NCBI GenBank assembly: GCA_964016885.1
Contig: CAXHJY010000705.1
Span: 1-64,000, forward strand
Length of the DNA: 64,000 nucleotides
Source: Eledone cirrhosa
Lineage: Eukaryota
Direction of reading: 5' to 3'
Position 1 is the first letter of the stretch; every line of letters starts with the position of its first letter. Below the pieces are notes generated by a model, which was given only the letters and a program-made list of their open reading frames with translations, did no database searches and was not told the DNA's origin. A program made the position numbers and the translations under genes. Below are positions 12,455-28,404 of this stretch, piece by piece.

Positions 12455-12929
12455 GTATGTATACGTACATACATATATGTATACAGACGTACAGTGGTGT
12501 GTATATATATATATACATACATGCACACATATATATATGTACTTATGTATTCACCGAACATTTATTATAATGCTCTGTCTGCTTGTAAACAAACATCTCG
12601 AATTAAGCCGTACAGTGTCTAGCAACCATTATGGCCCTTTTGTTCAACACTGACAAAGGAACGATGTGCTAGTTTCAAGCTTATTATTTATCGTCAGCAC
12701 CCTGTACCTTCCTGCCAGATGATAGAACGTCTGAAAGTATATGCTTTCCTTATGCATATTAACGGCTGAACAGCCTAATTTGCATACCGAGTGTGTTAAT
12801 CGGCCGGGCGCACCGAGAGCGATAAACGGAAAAAATGAAACGAAATTTCATTTCTCAGTCTTAGTACGGCGGTTACTTAAATATAAGCATGTATACGTAC
12901 ATACATATATGTATACAGAGGTACAGTAG

Positions 12930-12930
<1 letters not shown>
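12455..12930 (-). mobile_element. Family B HHR repeat, slightly longer than one monomer; degenerate HHR at 12661-12703
   Basis: Reverse complement of the 10056-10850 unit; a gtatacgtacatacatatatgtatacaga(c/g)gtacagt segment is present at both ends. Confidence 0.8.
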
Positions 12931-14610
<1,680 letters not shown>

Positions 14611-14768
14611 TCATATTGAATTTGATAACAGTATCAAACTAGCTAATTTCTTGGATGTATCTCTTAATCTTGACACTGGCCTATATTACCCTTACCATAA
14701 AAACAATGAGAACCTAAATTATGTTAACTTTAAATCTAACCATCCTACTAATATCAAGAATGCTATAG
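14611..14768 (+). repeat. Duplicate of the first ~157 bp of the downstream PLE
   Basis: Near-identical to 14992-15149; separated from it by (TA)n. Confidence 0.9.
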
Positions 14769-14780
14769 ATATATATATAT

Positions 14781-14823
<43 letters not shown>

Positions 14824-14825
14824 TA

Positions 14826-14980
<155 letters not shown>

Positions 14981-14991
14981 ATATATATATA

Positions 14992-17430
14992 TCATATTGA
15001 ATTTGATAACAGTATCAAACTAGCTAATTTCTTGGATGTATCTCTTAATCTTGTCACTGGCCTATATTACCCTTACCATAAAAACAATGAGAACCTAAAT
15101 TATGTTAACTTTAAATCTAACCATCCTACTAATATCAAGAATGCTATAGTTAGTAATATTGGAAAAAGAATATCTAACCTATCTTCTAATAAAAACATCT
15201 TTGATGCTAACGCCAATTACTATAATAACGCACTTTCTAAAGCTGGCTATCCTGATAAAATCAAATATAGTAAAGAAACAAATTCTAGAAGAACTTACAG
15301 TAGAATAATTAATCATGATCACTCCGATAACTTTAATAAAAGATCTAGATACAAAAACATAATCTGGTATAATGCTCCTTTCTCCATCTCTATTAATAAC
15401 AATATTCCTAAATTATTCTTTAGTGCCTTAAATAAATGCTTCCCTCCCTCACATATCTATAGTAAAATATTTAACAAACACACCATAAAATTTTCTTATT
15501 CTACATCCTCCAATATTTCCAACATTATCTCTAAACACAACAATAAAATACTAAATACTAAATCTCTTCCTTCCAACACTGAATTTCATAATAATAGTAA
15601 TAGTACTCCCGACGTCATTGTAAACCCTAGGCTAATTTCTGCAAACCCAAATACAACGTCAAACACAACTTCGCTAAATGTTCATAATCCAACTCTAAAT
15701 CAAGAAACTATTATTCCTATCGCAAGCAACTTCTCCAATCCAATTCCTTCTATAGATAACACTAGGTCACTCATTAATAATCTCTCTAATTGCAATTGCA
15801 ATTGCCCTATTAAAAATAAATGTCCTCTCAACAACCATTGTCTTGATAAAAACTTAATTTATGAATGTAAAGTTATAACTAACACCAATTCCTTCACCTA
15901 TTTTGGCTCCACTTCGACCTCTTTTAAAGCTCGTCTCTATAATCACCATTCATCTTTTAAATACAAACTTAAAAGAACCAACACGGCTCTCTCAGAACTC
16001 ATATGGTCCTTGAAAGACAAAAACATTAAATATACCATCTTTTGGAAGAAGGTTTCTTCTGCGTCTTCTTCTGCGTTCTCTATCTAAAATCTGCAATCTT
16101 TGCCTAAATTGAAAAATTTACCATTATCTCTAATCTAGATTCTATAATAAATAGACGAACTGACTTGTTTTCTATCTCCTTGCATAAATTCCATAAAACA
16201 TTTCACAAAGTATACAGCTAATATTCAATTCTTTATTAATTTAGAATCTTTTTCTCAAAGGCACATATACATACACCTCTTTTAAAATATACCCATCTTC
16301 CTACCTTATTTCAAAGGGTATTATACACTCTATAATACTTGTTTACTCATTACCCTTACTCTATTTCACCTTGTAAAATCCTTCGTAAACATATACATTT
16401 GTTTTGACGCCAGATTATTCATCCTTAATTCATTATTTTTTTCTCCCTATCATCTAACTCATTCTCAATACATATTAACATTTTCTTTTTCTTCGCACAT
16501 ATTATCAATTCCTTCAATATACAAACCTTAACTTCACATTATTTTTCTCAAATCCTTCAATATACAAACCTTAACTTTACATTTTTTTTCTCTTCGTTAA
16601 TTTTCAAATTTCCATAATACTTGTAGACTCTTTCTACACCACCCATATTTATCACTTCCTTTTCCTCTCCTCTAATATCTAACCCCTAATCTGTACCTTT
16701 TCACACTCTTGCCTAACATAGAATCAATTATTACATAATACAACACATTCAAAATGTATATCACCTTATAAAAATCCTTCGTAAACATATACATTTTTTT
16801 TTACGTTAGAATATTCATCCGCAATTCATTATTCTCTTCTCTCTATCATCAAACTCATTATTCTCAATACATATTAACTCCCTCTCCTTCTTCGCACATA
16901 TTTTTCCCTTCGTTAATTTTCAAATTCTTTTAATTTATACATTATCTTCCAACGGTTTTCAACCTCTCTATGTAAAACAATATATCTTTCTCAGTTATAA
17001 AAACTATCTCTCTCTCTCTCTATCACCCATCTCTCCTCCTATCTCATCCTTCCTCATTAAATTCCTCCCTCTCTCTCTATCACTCTCATCTCCTCCTCTT
17101 TTGTTCATCCTTTCCACCCCCCCCCCCTCTAAATAAAATATTTTTCCCAATATCACACACCAATCTAAAACTACTTCTCATATGTTGATTTAAAACTGCA
17201 CTATCCACAAGTGTTTTTTAGCCTTCATATCATGTCCTCCTGTTTTATCTGATGAAAACACAAATATTATTGCATGATGATGTTTGTTTTTGAAATGCGC
17301 ATAATAAAATACATGGAACTCCTTTAACATTCTTATATGTTATGTATACTCCAGTCCTACAAACTGTAGAGTGCTTCTTATCCGATATCTGCATTGCTTT
17401 ATTGTACTACAATAAAACTCACCTCCTACA
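14992..17430 (+). mobile_element. 5'-truncated Penelope-like retroelement (Naiad-like): RT C-terminus, Zn-finger linker, GIY-YIG, 3' UTR with HHR
   Basis: NFLDVSLNL...YVNFKSNHP (PLE RT C-term), IIWYNAPFS, CNCPIKNKCPLNNHCL, LIYECKV...YFGSTSTSFKARLYNH. Frameshift near 16060-16110 before KICNLCLN; ends in (TA)n. Confidence 0.93.
17241..17311 (+). ncRNA. Type-I hammerhead ribozyme in PLE 3' UTR
   Basis: TGTTTTAT CTGATGA AAAcACAAATATTAT...ATGATGTTTGTTTTT GAAA TGCGCA TA ATAAAATA. Confidence 0.85.
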
Positions 17431-17451
17431 TTATATATATATATATATATA

Positions 17452-17852
17452 TGTAAAAGTTCTATTTAAATTGTTGGGATACAACAAGCAAATATTTTTA
17501 TAACTGATATAACGCACCTAACAAATAATTGGATATTAACAAATGGAAACTATATTTATAAAACCATATTTATTTCATTATACATATTTCAAAGGCAACA
17601 AGTTAAATTATGGTGTGCTTTTATCAGATAAAATATAATATAGAGCAGTTTTATAAATAAATATTGACATACCCTGTGCGCTTCCAACAGTAATGGTTGC
17701 ATTCTTTAAGGGTATGTCAATATTTATTTATAAAACTGCTCTATATTATATTGTATCTGATGAAAGCACACCATAATTTAACTTGATGTCCTTGAAATAT
17801 GTATAATGAAATAAATATGGTTTTATAAATATAGTTTCCATTTGTTAACATC
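17452..17852. mobile_element. Family C fold-back element with an HHR on each arm
   Basis: Inverted arms 17536-17674 and 17709-17850. Plus HHR 17749-17813 (CTGATGA AAGCACA...TGTCCTT GAAA TATGTA TA); minus copy has CTGATAA. Confidence 0.85.
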
Positions 17853-17893
<41 letters not shown>

Positions 17894-17896
<3 letters not shown>

Positions 17897-18084
17897 CAAA
17901 GGAAATGTGGTAAGGTACCAGGTGGACCATAACGCACCAAAGTACTCAATACTTAGGGTAGTAGAGTGGGTAATAGGAACCAGTAAGACCCTGACGGCTG
18001 AGCTCAAGCCGTTTCGACGGCGAATTCTGGACGAGAATTAGCCGTCGAAACGGCTTGAGCTCAGCCGTCGGGGTCTTACTGGTT

Positions 18085-18089
<5 letters not shown>
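17894..18089 (-). mobile_element. Family A fold-back element (copy 4)
   Basis: Same arms and apex; (TA)n flanks. Confidence 0.85.
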
Positions 18090-18163
<74 letters not shown>

Positions 18164-18172
18164 TTATATATG

Positions 18173-18377
<205 letters not shown>

Positions 18378-18378
18378 G

Positions 18379-18455
<77 letters not shown>

Positions 18456-18470
18456 GTATATATATATATG

Positions 18471-18502
<32 letters not shown>

Positions 18503-18519
18503 TGTATGTATATATATAT

Positions 18520-19010
18520 ATGGGAGCTCCTTTGCCCTTTGACAAAACCTGTCAAAGGGGGAGGGAGCTCTTGGGAGTCAATGGCCATCCAAAATCACCG
18601 GGAGAGATGACCCCTTAGCCTTTGTCAAGGCAGAATTCTAGGAGAAAGAAAACTCTGATATAACACCTGCAACCCTGATGGTATCCAATGATGTTGACTT
18701 GTTCTTCTTTTTGGTAAATATCATCTTGGTTAAGAGAGTGGGACTGGCTTTGTGCAGTGCCTTTGCTCACTATAAAAGCTTCACGGCACAGGCATTGCTT
18801 TATATCTGGAGATCTCTCTGCACTTGTCGTCACATGGTACCATGGGCCCAACACTATGTGTCAATAATTGTCACAAGTGTAGTGTTTGTACCAGAGTTTT
18901 CAAGTCGCTGGCTGGACTAAAAAGTCACACTCGTTCAGCGCATCGGTAGGGGTTCTCCTACATGGATATAAAGTAGTGGCCGTACTCGAAAACGAGTTGG
19001 CAGCCACCAT
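18520..19010. other. Unidentified ~490-bp insert in (TA)n with terminal GC-rich hairpin
   Basis: gagctcctttgccctttgaca-aaacc-tgtcaaagggggagggagctc at 18523-18570; no confident protein motif. Confidence 0.4.
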
Positions 19011-19019
19011 ATATATATG

Positions 19020-19134
<115 letters not shown>

Positions 19135-19446
19135 GTACATATATATATATGTGTGTGTGTGCGTGTGCGTCTTTGTGCGTCTTTGTGTGTCTTTGTGCGT
19201 ATTTGTCATCTTCGGGGGGTTGTATACATTATAGAAAAATATCCGCAGATTTCTTAGGCAGTTCTTTACCAAACATATATGCCACTGATAGAAACACAAG
19301 AGAGCCCAGGGAATAGAAATATACGTATTCATACATAATATATACATCAATATAGAAGTAGATTTGCGTGACAAATTATCTGAAGTAACTTCATTGTAAT
19401 TCAGCCCCGAAGTAATCTATTAATTTGTAACTTGTAACCTTGGCAC

Positions 19447-19598
<152 letters not shown>

Positions 19599-19688
19599 GT
19601 ATATATATATACATATGTATATATATGTATATATGTATAATATATATATATATAATATATATATATATATGTATATATATATAATATA

Positions 19689-19737
<49 letters not shown>

Positions 19738-19738
<1 letters not shown>

Positions 19739-19852
19739 GTTATTCCGGGTTGAAACGGAGGTAACCACAGTAAGTAAGGTACTCAATACATAGCAGAGTA
19801 TAACAGTTTTAATATAGATGAGATTCTACAGGACTAGAACTGTTTCATTCAT
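19738..19852 (-). mobile_element. Family D single arm (related to 30178-30378)
   Basis: Shares ttctacaggactagaactgtttcattc and the ACTC/GAGT stem-loop (19781-19799). Confidence 0.75.
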
Positions 19853-19918
19853 AAGATATATAATAAACTGTATATATATATATATATGTATATGTATATA
19901 TATATATGTATATATATG

Positions 19919-19950
<32 letters not shown>

Positions 19951-19982
19951 ATATAAATATATACACACAATTATATGTATAC

Positions 19983-20018
<36 letters not shown>

Positions 20019-20021
20019 AAC

Positions 20022-20055
<34 letters not shown>

Positions 20056-20063
20056 AGGTAAGT

Positions 20064-20142
<79 letters not shown>

Positions 20143-20162
20143 ATATATATATAAGGTAAACC

Positions 20163-20238
<76 letters not shown>

Positions 20239-20241
20239 AGT

Positions 20242-20306
<65 letters not shown>

Positions 20307-20414
20307 TGTATGTACGTGTCCAACAATGTAATCTAGGATATAGAGAACTAGTATTTCCTACCAAAGAATTGTCTTCACGATAACACTTTCAAACATTATA
20401 TGTTACTTGAGACA

Positions 20415-20521
20415 CAGCCACTACTACTACTATTACTACGACTATTACTGCTGCTACTACTACTACCACTACTACTACTGCTGCTACTACTTCTACTACT
20501 ACCACTACTACTACTACTACA

Positions 20522-20587
<66 letters not shown>

Positions 20588-20756
20588 GCTGCTGCTGCTA
20601 CTACTACTACGACTAAAAATACTACTACTACTGTTACTACTTCTACTACTACTATTTATACTACTGCTACTACTACTGCTACTACTACTACCTCTACTGC
20701 TGTTACTACAACTACTACACCTACTACTACTACCTCTACTGCTGCTGCTACTACTG

Positions 20757-20787
<31 letters not shown>

Positions 20788-20897
20788 ACCTACTGCTACT
20801 ACTACTACTACTACTTCTATGTATACTACTGCTAATACTACTACCTCTACTGCTGCTACTACTACTACACCTACTACTACTCCTACTGCTACTACAC

Positions 20898-20940
<43 letters not shown>

Positions 20941-21000
20941 CTCTACTGCTTCTACTACTACTGTTCCCTCTGCTGATCGTGTTACTATTGTTGCAGTAGC
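20415..21000. repeat. (CTA)n-based low-complexity repeat
   Basis: Direct reading. Confidence 0.9.
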
Positions 21001-21185
21001 AGTATTTGTTACTGTTACCGCTATCGTTGTTGTAGTTGTCGGTAATGTGACTTTCGAGTTAGTCAAATATCCGCCATCTTCTAATATACGCCATTAAAAG
21101 CATTCCAAACTTATCCGATGTCGGTTTGGATTATCAATATATTTTTTTCCGATCCACTTTAATACAGAAATACATAACATGCTTG

Positions 21186-21220
<35 letters not shown>

Positions 21221-21233
21221 CTGTGTGTGTGTG

Positions 21234-21300
<67 letters not shown>

Positions 21301-21316
21301 ATGTGTGTGTATAATT

Positions 21317-21384
<68 letters not shown>

Positions 21385-22001
21385 TGTGTGTGTATATATG
21401 TCTGTGTGTGTATATATACATATACGTATATAATTATACACACGTATATATATATGTATACATATTTATATATATACATATGTGTGTGTGTGTGTATATA
21501 TATCTATATATGTGTGTGTATGTGTATGTTGTTAAAAGCTAAAGATGAAATATAAATATATATTTATGTGCGTGTTCTTGTGTTTATTTGTGTGTATTTG
21601 TGTTTATGTGTGTGTGTGCCTTTGTTCGTGTATGTGTGTGAGTGTATACACATATATATATATATATATACCTAAATATATATGTAACTTTTAGCTTTAT
21701 TCCAATAGAAATTGATGGATATATATATGCATATTTGAAAAAATGAGGAAATTTCGTTTACATGTATTAGATTTGTATTGTATATATATATAAGTATATG
21801 TGTGTGTGTGTATGTGTATGCATGTATGTATGTGTGTGTTTTTGTGTGGGTGTGTCTACATGTGTGTATATATCGGTATAAATACATATACACGTTTTTT
21901 TTTCTATGTTCGTTTTAATAGAACAACATATATCATTCATTTATTTATAGCATATAAACATACATCTTTATATACATATGTAGATATATATAAATAAATA
22001 A

Positions 22002-22132
<131 letters not shown>

Positions 22133-22202
22133 TCTATACATATGTATATACATATATATATACATATACATACACAAACAAATTCATATATATATATATA
22201 TT

Positions 22203-22300
<98 letters not shown>

Positions 22301-22889
22301 CATTTTATTGATCACGAATATATATAGTTTTTAGTTAATGTTATGGAACAAAAAAATATTACCGTTGAGAATATTTTTCTAATAGTCGAAGGCACGATAT
22401 TCTATACAAGTGTATGTATATCGTTATATAATATATTTATATATATACATTCTTGTATGTGTCTACGCAAATGTATATGTAGGGGTATAATCGCTTACAT
22501 ATCATTTTTTGTTCGCTTTTTGTTGTTAGATTTTTTCGTCTATCTGTTTCTTTCTTTGCTTTTTCATACAATATGCAGTTGGAAATAATGATATTTCTAC
22601 ATTTGAGTGGTTTGATATAAAAGTACAGTTGGCACACAGAATATATAAGTAAATTTAAAAGCTGTATGATATAGTGTATGAACAGATGTTTAAGATGAGA
22701 TGATCAGATGTAAGCTGTACTCTGGTATGGTTTAAATGACGCAAGTTAAAATGGCGGCCGTGGTGTTATTTTAATAACGTGGATAGACGGACTGAGTTTT
22801 GAACGTTGTATTTTATGAATGGCGTTTTCTTCTTCAATATTTGCAATTATACTTTTCCAATAAATCGAGATAAATCTAGCGGGAGCAAA

Positions 22890-23570
22890 GACAACAACAA
22901 TGAAAACGAATGCAACAACAACAAGAATAACAACTGAAGATAAGTACAAATGCAACAACAACACGAACAGCGACAAGAACTTCAACAAAAGACGAGAAAC
23001 AATGCAACAACTACAACATCAATAATAACAACAAAAGTTATGAATGCACCAAGAAAAAGATCAACAACAACAGCGACAAGAACAACAAAAGATGAGAACA
23101 AATGCAACAATAACAACAACAATAACGACATGAGCTACAACAACAACAGTAAAATCAATAACAACAACAACAATAGCATCAACAACAACAGCAGCAACAG
23201 CAACAGCAACAGTAACATCAATAACAACAACAACAGCATCAACAACAACAGCAACAACAACAACAACAACAGCAACAACATTAACAAAAACAACAACAAC
23301 AATAACAGCAACAACAACAATAACAACAACAGCATCAACAACAACAGCAACAGCAGCAACAGCAACAGTAACATCAATAACAACAACAACAACAGCATCA
23401 ACAACAACAGCAACAACAGCAACAACAGCAACAGCAACAAAATTAACAAAAACAACAACAACAATAACAGCAACAACAACAATAACAACAACAGCATCAA
23501 CAACAACAATAACAGCAACAACAACACCAATAAAAACAACAACAAGTACAGCAACAACAACAGCAATAAA
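22890..23570. repeat. (CAA)n-based low-complexity repeat
   Basis: Direct reading. Confidence 0.9.
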
Positions 23571-24274
23571 GTATAGAAAGGGGACGAAAATCCGAAATTA
23601 CGGCTTAGATTCCTACCGCTATAGAGTTTCTACTTATATACACCGGATATCCGTTTAATAATTACTGTTCTGTTGAGTGTATTATCACACATGAGCTACT
23701 GCGGCTGCACATTGAAGAGACGTGTGTGTTGATATATCAATCGTTATACGTATGTCTATATATTTGTGTGTGTGTGTGTGTTTGTGTTTGTGATTGTGTG
23801 TATCCTGGTGTGAGTGTACGTGTGTGTGTTTGTGTCTTCTCGCGTGTGTGTATGTGTGTGTATACGTGTGTGTATGTGTGTTTGTGTAAGGTTTTGTGTA
23901 TGTGTGTGTGTGTCCTGGTGTGCGTGTATGTGTGAGTATCTGTGTGTGTGTGTTTCTGTAAGTGCGAGTCCTCATGTGCGCGTATATGTGTGTGTGAATA
24001 TTGCGGTATGTATCTCTGTGTGTCCTTGTGTGCGTGTATGTGTGTGTGTTTGTGTAAATGTGTGACCTCATGTGCGTGAATGTGTGTATGTGCCTGTGAA
24101 TATGTGTGTGTACATGTGTGGGTGTATGTTTGGGAATGTGTGTGTCTGTCTGTGTGTGTATAGGTGTGTTCGCGCATGTGTGTCCTCGTATGCGTGTCTA
24201 AGCGTATGTGAGCTTGTGAATGTGTGTGTGTATGTGTATCTGCATACGTCCCTATGTATCTGTGTATAGCAACC

Positions 24275-24464
24275 ATAGCCACGGCCAAATTTAATAGGGG
24301 GCAAAGGGGTAACTTTCTCCATGTCCACTGCAATGAGGCCCCACCAGTGACGACCGTAGCAATTTATTTGTGCCCTCAGCTGTGCTTTTTTTTTTAGGAT
24401 GGTTAGAATTTTTTAATTTAATACCTGTATGTTTATATTTTCAATTACTTCGCCAAGCGAACTT

Positions 24465-24495
<31 letters not shown>

Positions 24496-24593
24496 ACTCG
24501 GGGGAGGTGTATTCCAGTTTTTTTATGTGGGAGGGGTCCGCTCAAATCGGAAGTCCTCCGGGCTTCCTAAGGTCTAAATCCAACCCTGACTAT
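24275..24593. mobile_element. Probable old MITE
   Basis: Imperfect ~20-bp TIRs: atagccacggccaaatttaa / ctaaatccaaccctgactat. Confidence 0.4.
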
Positions 24594-24959
24594 AATCGTG
24601 TAAGTGATGGTCTGTAGACAACAGGAATACGGAAACTCACCGAATGAACCTTATCTGTATATCAAAGGTGTGACTTTGCCAAGTAGCAGATATCAATTTT
24701 TTACTTCATATAAGGATTACTTGAAGTGGTAATGGTGCAATACGCTGCCATTCCTTACCCTTCATTAATGAGTAGGTCGTTCATTGGATCAAACAAATGG
24801 ATACGCCTATGGACTTCTCGGTGGGAGAGACCATTTTGACATAGTTGATCTCCATGGGGTAAATTTTTTTATTTCCTACAATATATATAGAGAGAGAGAG
24901 AGCGAGAGAAGAAGAGAGAAATGTGTGTATGGATGCATGTGAATGAAGGGCTCATTCTA

Positions 24960-27236
24960 CTGACATGGCTATAAAATTGAGGCTTGTTTGCGAGGCCCAG
25001 GTGTTTTCGCAGCAGAACGACAACCTCACCCCCCACCCTCCACCCCCGGCTGACAGAGAGATGCATAGATCTCAAAGTCGTCGAAGATGGGGGCCAGTTG
25101 GTGCTCGCTGCTGATCCTGGACTCGCAAATAGCTATTACATCCATTCTGTGCGACCTGAGGTCATTTAAGAGTTTGCCCTGCTTCCAGGACATACCCAGG
25201 CCGCGCTCATTTAAACATCCAACTCTTATAACAGCCATGTTGGTGGTGAAGAGTTCAAGAGGTTAAAAAGAAAAGACACCTACCTCTCCGTCTCCTGGGG
25301 ACCAGGCTGCATAATTTCCATGGGGGTGTTGGAGGAATTGTTTGGTGGGGTCGTGGTTTGGCGTGTGGTGGGGACATCAGTGTGTGGTGGTGTGTTTTGG
25401 GGGGGGATGTCTTTGAAACATTTCAAAAGGACGCGGTTGGAAGGTCTGGTACAGGGGTTCCTCGCGTCCTCGGAAAAGTTTTGTTTGAGCAATGCGTAGG
25501 TGTCCCTTGGGACCCTAATCATTTTAAATGCGGTTTATTCGCCGCGTTGGTGAACATTTTCCCTTCGGTTTCCACCGAAGGGTCTTTGTCTATTGTTTGT
25601 ACAAGTGTTTTGTTGTTTGTGTTGATGTATAATGTTTTTGTTGTGTTGTGTTTCTTTTTGTTTGTTGTTCTTGTGTGTGCTTGTTCTTGTGTGTGGTTGC
25701 GTTTTGTAGTATGTGTTATGTTTTCGAGAGGGGTGGTTTTTGTTTGTGCTGGTGGTTGTGTGTTTGTTGGATTTTTGTTAATGTGTTGCCTTCTTTTCTT
25801 TCTTTTTACTGGTTGAAAGGGGTCTCCCTCGTCGTCACTGGGTGACGTTGATAAGGGGTTCTCGTCCGTGTTGTTGGGGAGAGGTATATTTTGGAGTTTT
25901 GTTGTGGTTGCGGGCGCTTTTGTATTTGTTTTAGGTGAAGAGGGGTTGGGTGGGACAGTGTCTTGTGTTGTTATTTTTTCGTGTTGTTGTGGTGGTGGTG
26001 GTGGTTGTGTTGTGTTCGGGGTTGGCAGAAGAGCCTTTTTTGACTCGTTAATTGAGGACAGGCAGCCCTCAGGTGACCCCTGCTTAAGCAGTGGTAACAT
26101 GACGGCCGCCTACCCTCAACTGAAATGTTTATATAGGTTAGCCCGTCCAGAGGTACGCGTTGTGGGATTTTAGCTATTTATGCTGGGCTCAATTGAACCA
26201 GAACTTCTACGCTAGTCCCAATAAATACACATCTGGAGGACTTTCCTACTGAGATTATTCTGTCTTCATCAAAATCAATGAATCCACATAGTATCTACCA
26301 AATATTTACATTTGGTGTGATACTCATAATTTTTATTTTTTGTGCCATTTTTCCCCTGTATGTGAGGAAAAAGGTGAAACGGGGGGACACAATGGGTGAT
26401 ACAGCGTATGTTTGTGCCGTTGGCTGGTCATTTATTAGCACCGAAATGCTACCAAACAGTTTTCCTCTTTGGATGAATGTTATGTCCTTCATTGCATCTT
26501 TTAGAACCAGCTCATTTTCATTTTGTGATAATTGAGCTGGTTTTCTAGTTGCGTTTGATATCATCCTGAAAACCACAGTTTTCAGGTCAGTCTCTCTACG
26601 TAATACCTGGAGAGAATTGATGCTAAAAGCACCGTTTTGTCCAAAAGTTACATATTGTTTTGCATCTTGGAGTAGCTGTTTTGCGTTAGTGATGTAATTG
26701 GAGTGTATAGTTCTGTTTTTTTTACAGTTTGTGCGAACGACGTTTTGGTGTTGCTGCTTTCTTGTTGCTGTTGTTGTTGTCACTTTTGTTGATGTTGTTC
26801 ATATTTTCCTTGGTGTTGGTGTTGTTATTGTTGCAGATGTTGGTTGTGGTGTTATTGTCATTGTTCTTGTTGTTGATGCTGGTATTATTTACCGGGTTTG
26901 GTTGCGTGGTTGCAATATATACAACGTTTTTCGATAAGGCGGGAGGGGGGGTGGGGGCTGCAAGCTTTGTACTTCTACCTTCCCTCCATCACTTTTCTTA
27001 GTGGGTGTGGCACTCACTACAGTGTGAGAGGTTGAAATGGCACGCATTACTAACTAACAAGTCTATGCAATTTTTTCAGATGAAAATTTCGCCCCAAAAA
27101 GAGCGAAAATTAGTTAACCCAATGTCTGAAGTTTAAGGCCAGGGGTTAAACTAAACAATAATAACAAATTCAACAATAAACTCACAGATTTTTGTACAAT
27201 AATCCGTAAACAATCCGGAGCGAAGTAATACACGTC
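24960..27236 (-). mobile_element. L1/Tx1-like LINE, 5' portion only (5' UTR, frameshifted ORF1, start of ORF2)
   Basis: ORF1 zinc knuckle EGRRPSCYHCLSRGHLRAACP (CX2CX4HX4C, 26058-26099). ORF2 starts at 25238 with MAVIRVGCLNERGL...DVIAICESR...GGG(*)VVLLRK, an APE endonuclease N-terminus. Confidence 0.85.
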
Positions 27237-27742
27237 TACCAATCATGAAGGTAGATAGATAGTGAGAAAGAGACAGAGAGAAAGAGGTATTGAGTGTCAA
27301 ATTCTGCGCTTACATGCGAGAGTGACTGTTCATGTGTGTGTGTGCGTGTGTGGTGTCGTGTGGTGTGTTGTGTTGTGGTGTGTTGCGGTGTGATGTGGTT
27401 TGGTGTGGCGTAGTGTGGTGTGGTGTTGTGTGGTGTTGTGTGGTGTGGCGTGGTATGGCGTAGTGTGGTGTAGTGTGGTGTGGTGTGGTGCGGTTTGGTG
27501 TGGTATAGTGGCGTTAGCGATTCCATTGAAACATTCTAACTTAAATAAATAAGCATGCAAAAGGACCGGAAAGATAAGATAAGAAGAAGACGATAAAATT
27601 ATTGGTAAAACATCGTTATATAAAGAAGAAAAAATATTTAAAATTATATAAAGGAAAATAATTATATCGAATCAAGAAAATAAATTGTATTTTGTCTATT
27701 TTGTGTATTTTTATTGGTCTATTTTCTCTCCTTTGTCTGCAG

Positions 27743-27823
27743 GGCCTTGCGATGCTCTCCACAAATATTGACGTAAATATGGCGGACTTAAAGAAAATCG
27801 CCGCGGCAATAATTGACAGATAA
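27743..27823 (+). other. Possible terminal coding exon or TE-derived peptide GLAMLSTNIDVNMADLKKIAAAIIDR*
   Basis: Strong acceptor ttttctctcctttgtctgcag followed by 26 codons and a stop; no supporting upstream exon found. Confidence 0.2.
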
Positions 27824-28157
27824 GCTTAAGAAAAAGATGGACGTTCTCAATAACAAACCTGACGTCATCAACAAGCTAACATGAGAATTGAGGTCTCTAC
27901 GTAGTTGTTTTACTTGATTTAAATATTATACTATATTATGCTGTAATATACTATGTTATATTATATTATATTATATTATATTATATTATATTATATTGTA
28001 ATATACTATGTTATATTATATTTTATTATATTATACTATAATATTATGATTTATATTATAATTATATGTTATATTATATTATATTATATTATATGATTTA
28101 TATTATAATCATGATATATGTTATACTAACGTATATTACATTATATTATAATATAGT

Positions 28158-28346
28158 GCGGTGAATCGGCAGTATCGGTAGATGGTCGGACGCCATGCTT
28201 TGACTCATAGAGTTACGGTCCTTTCCATTCTGAGTTTAAATCCCGCCAAGGTTAACTTTGCTTTTCATCCTTACGGCGTCGATAAAGTCAAATACCAGTA
28301 ATGGACTGAGTAATTGCTGGCCTTGTGCCAAAAGTAGAAACAATTA
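28158..28346 (+). mobile_element. tRNA-derived SINE (central domain resembling Nin/Deu-type SINEs)
   Basis: A-box-like ggcagtatcgg, B-box-like gagtttaaatcc, body gttaactttgcttttcatcc...cgataaa...accag, tail gctggccttgtgccaaa. Confidence 0.85.
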
Positions 28347-28404
28347 TATTAGAATATAGTATATTATATTGTAATATATTATATTACATTGTATTATATA
28401 TATA

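Noticed and set aside
15785-16200. Selenocysteine recoding as reported for some Naiad PLEs
   Set aside because: The conserved Cys codons here and at 4525-4575 are TGC/TGT; stops and frameshifts look like decay; no SECIS search was run
22746-22877. Minus-strand terminal exon
   Set aside because: Acceptor context comes from a repeat and the peptide is unrecognisable
28158-28250. tRNA genes
   Set aside because: The A/B boxes belong to SINE heads and no cloverleaf forms
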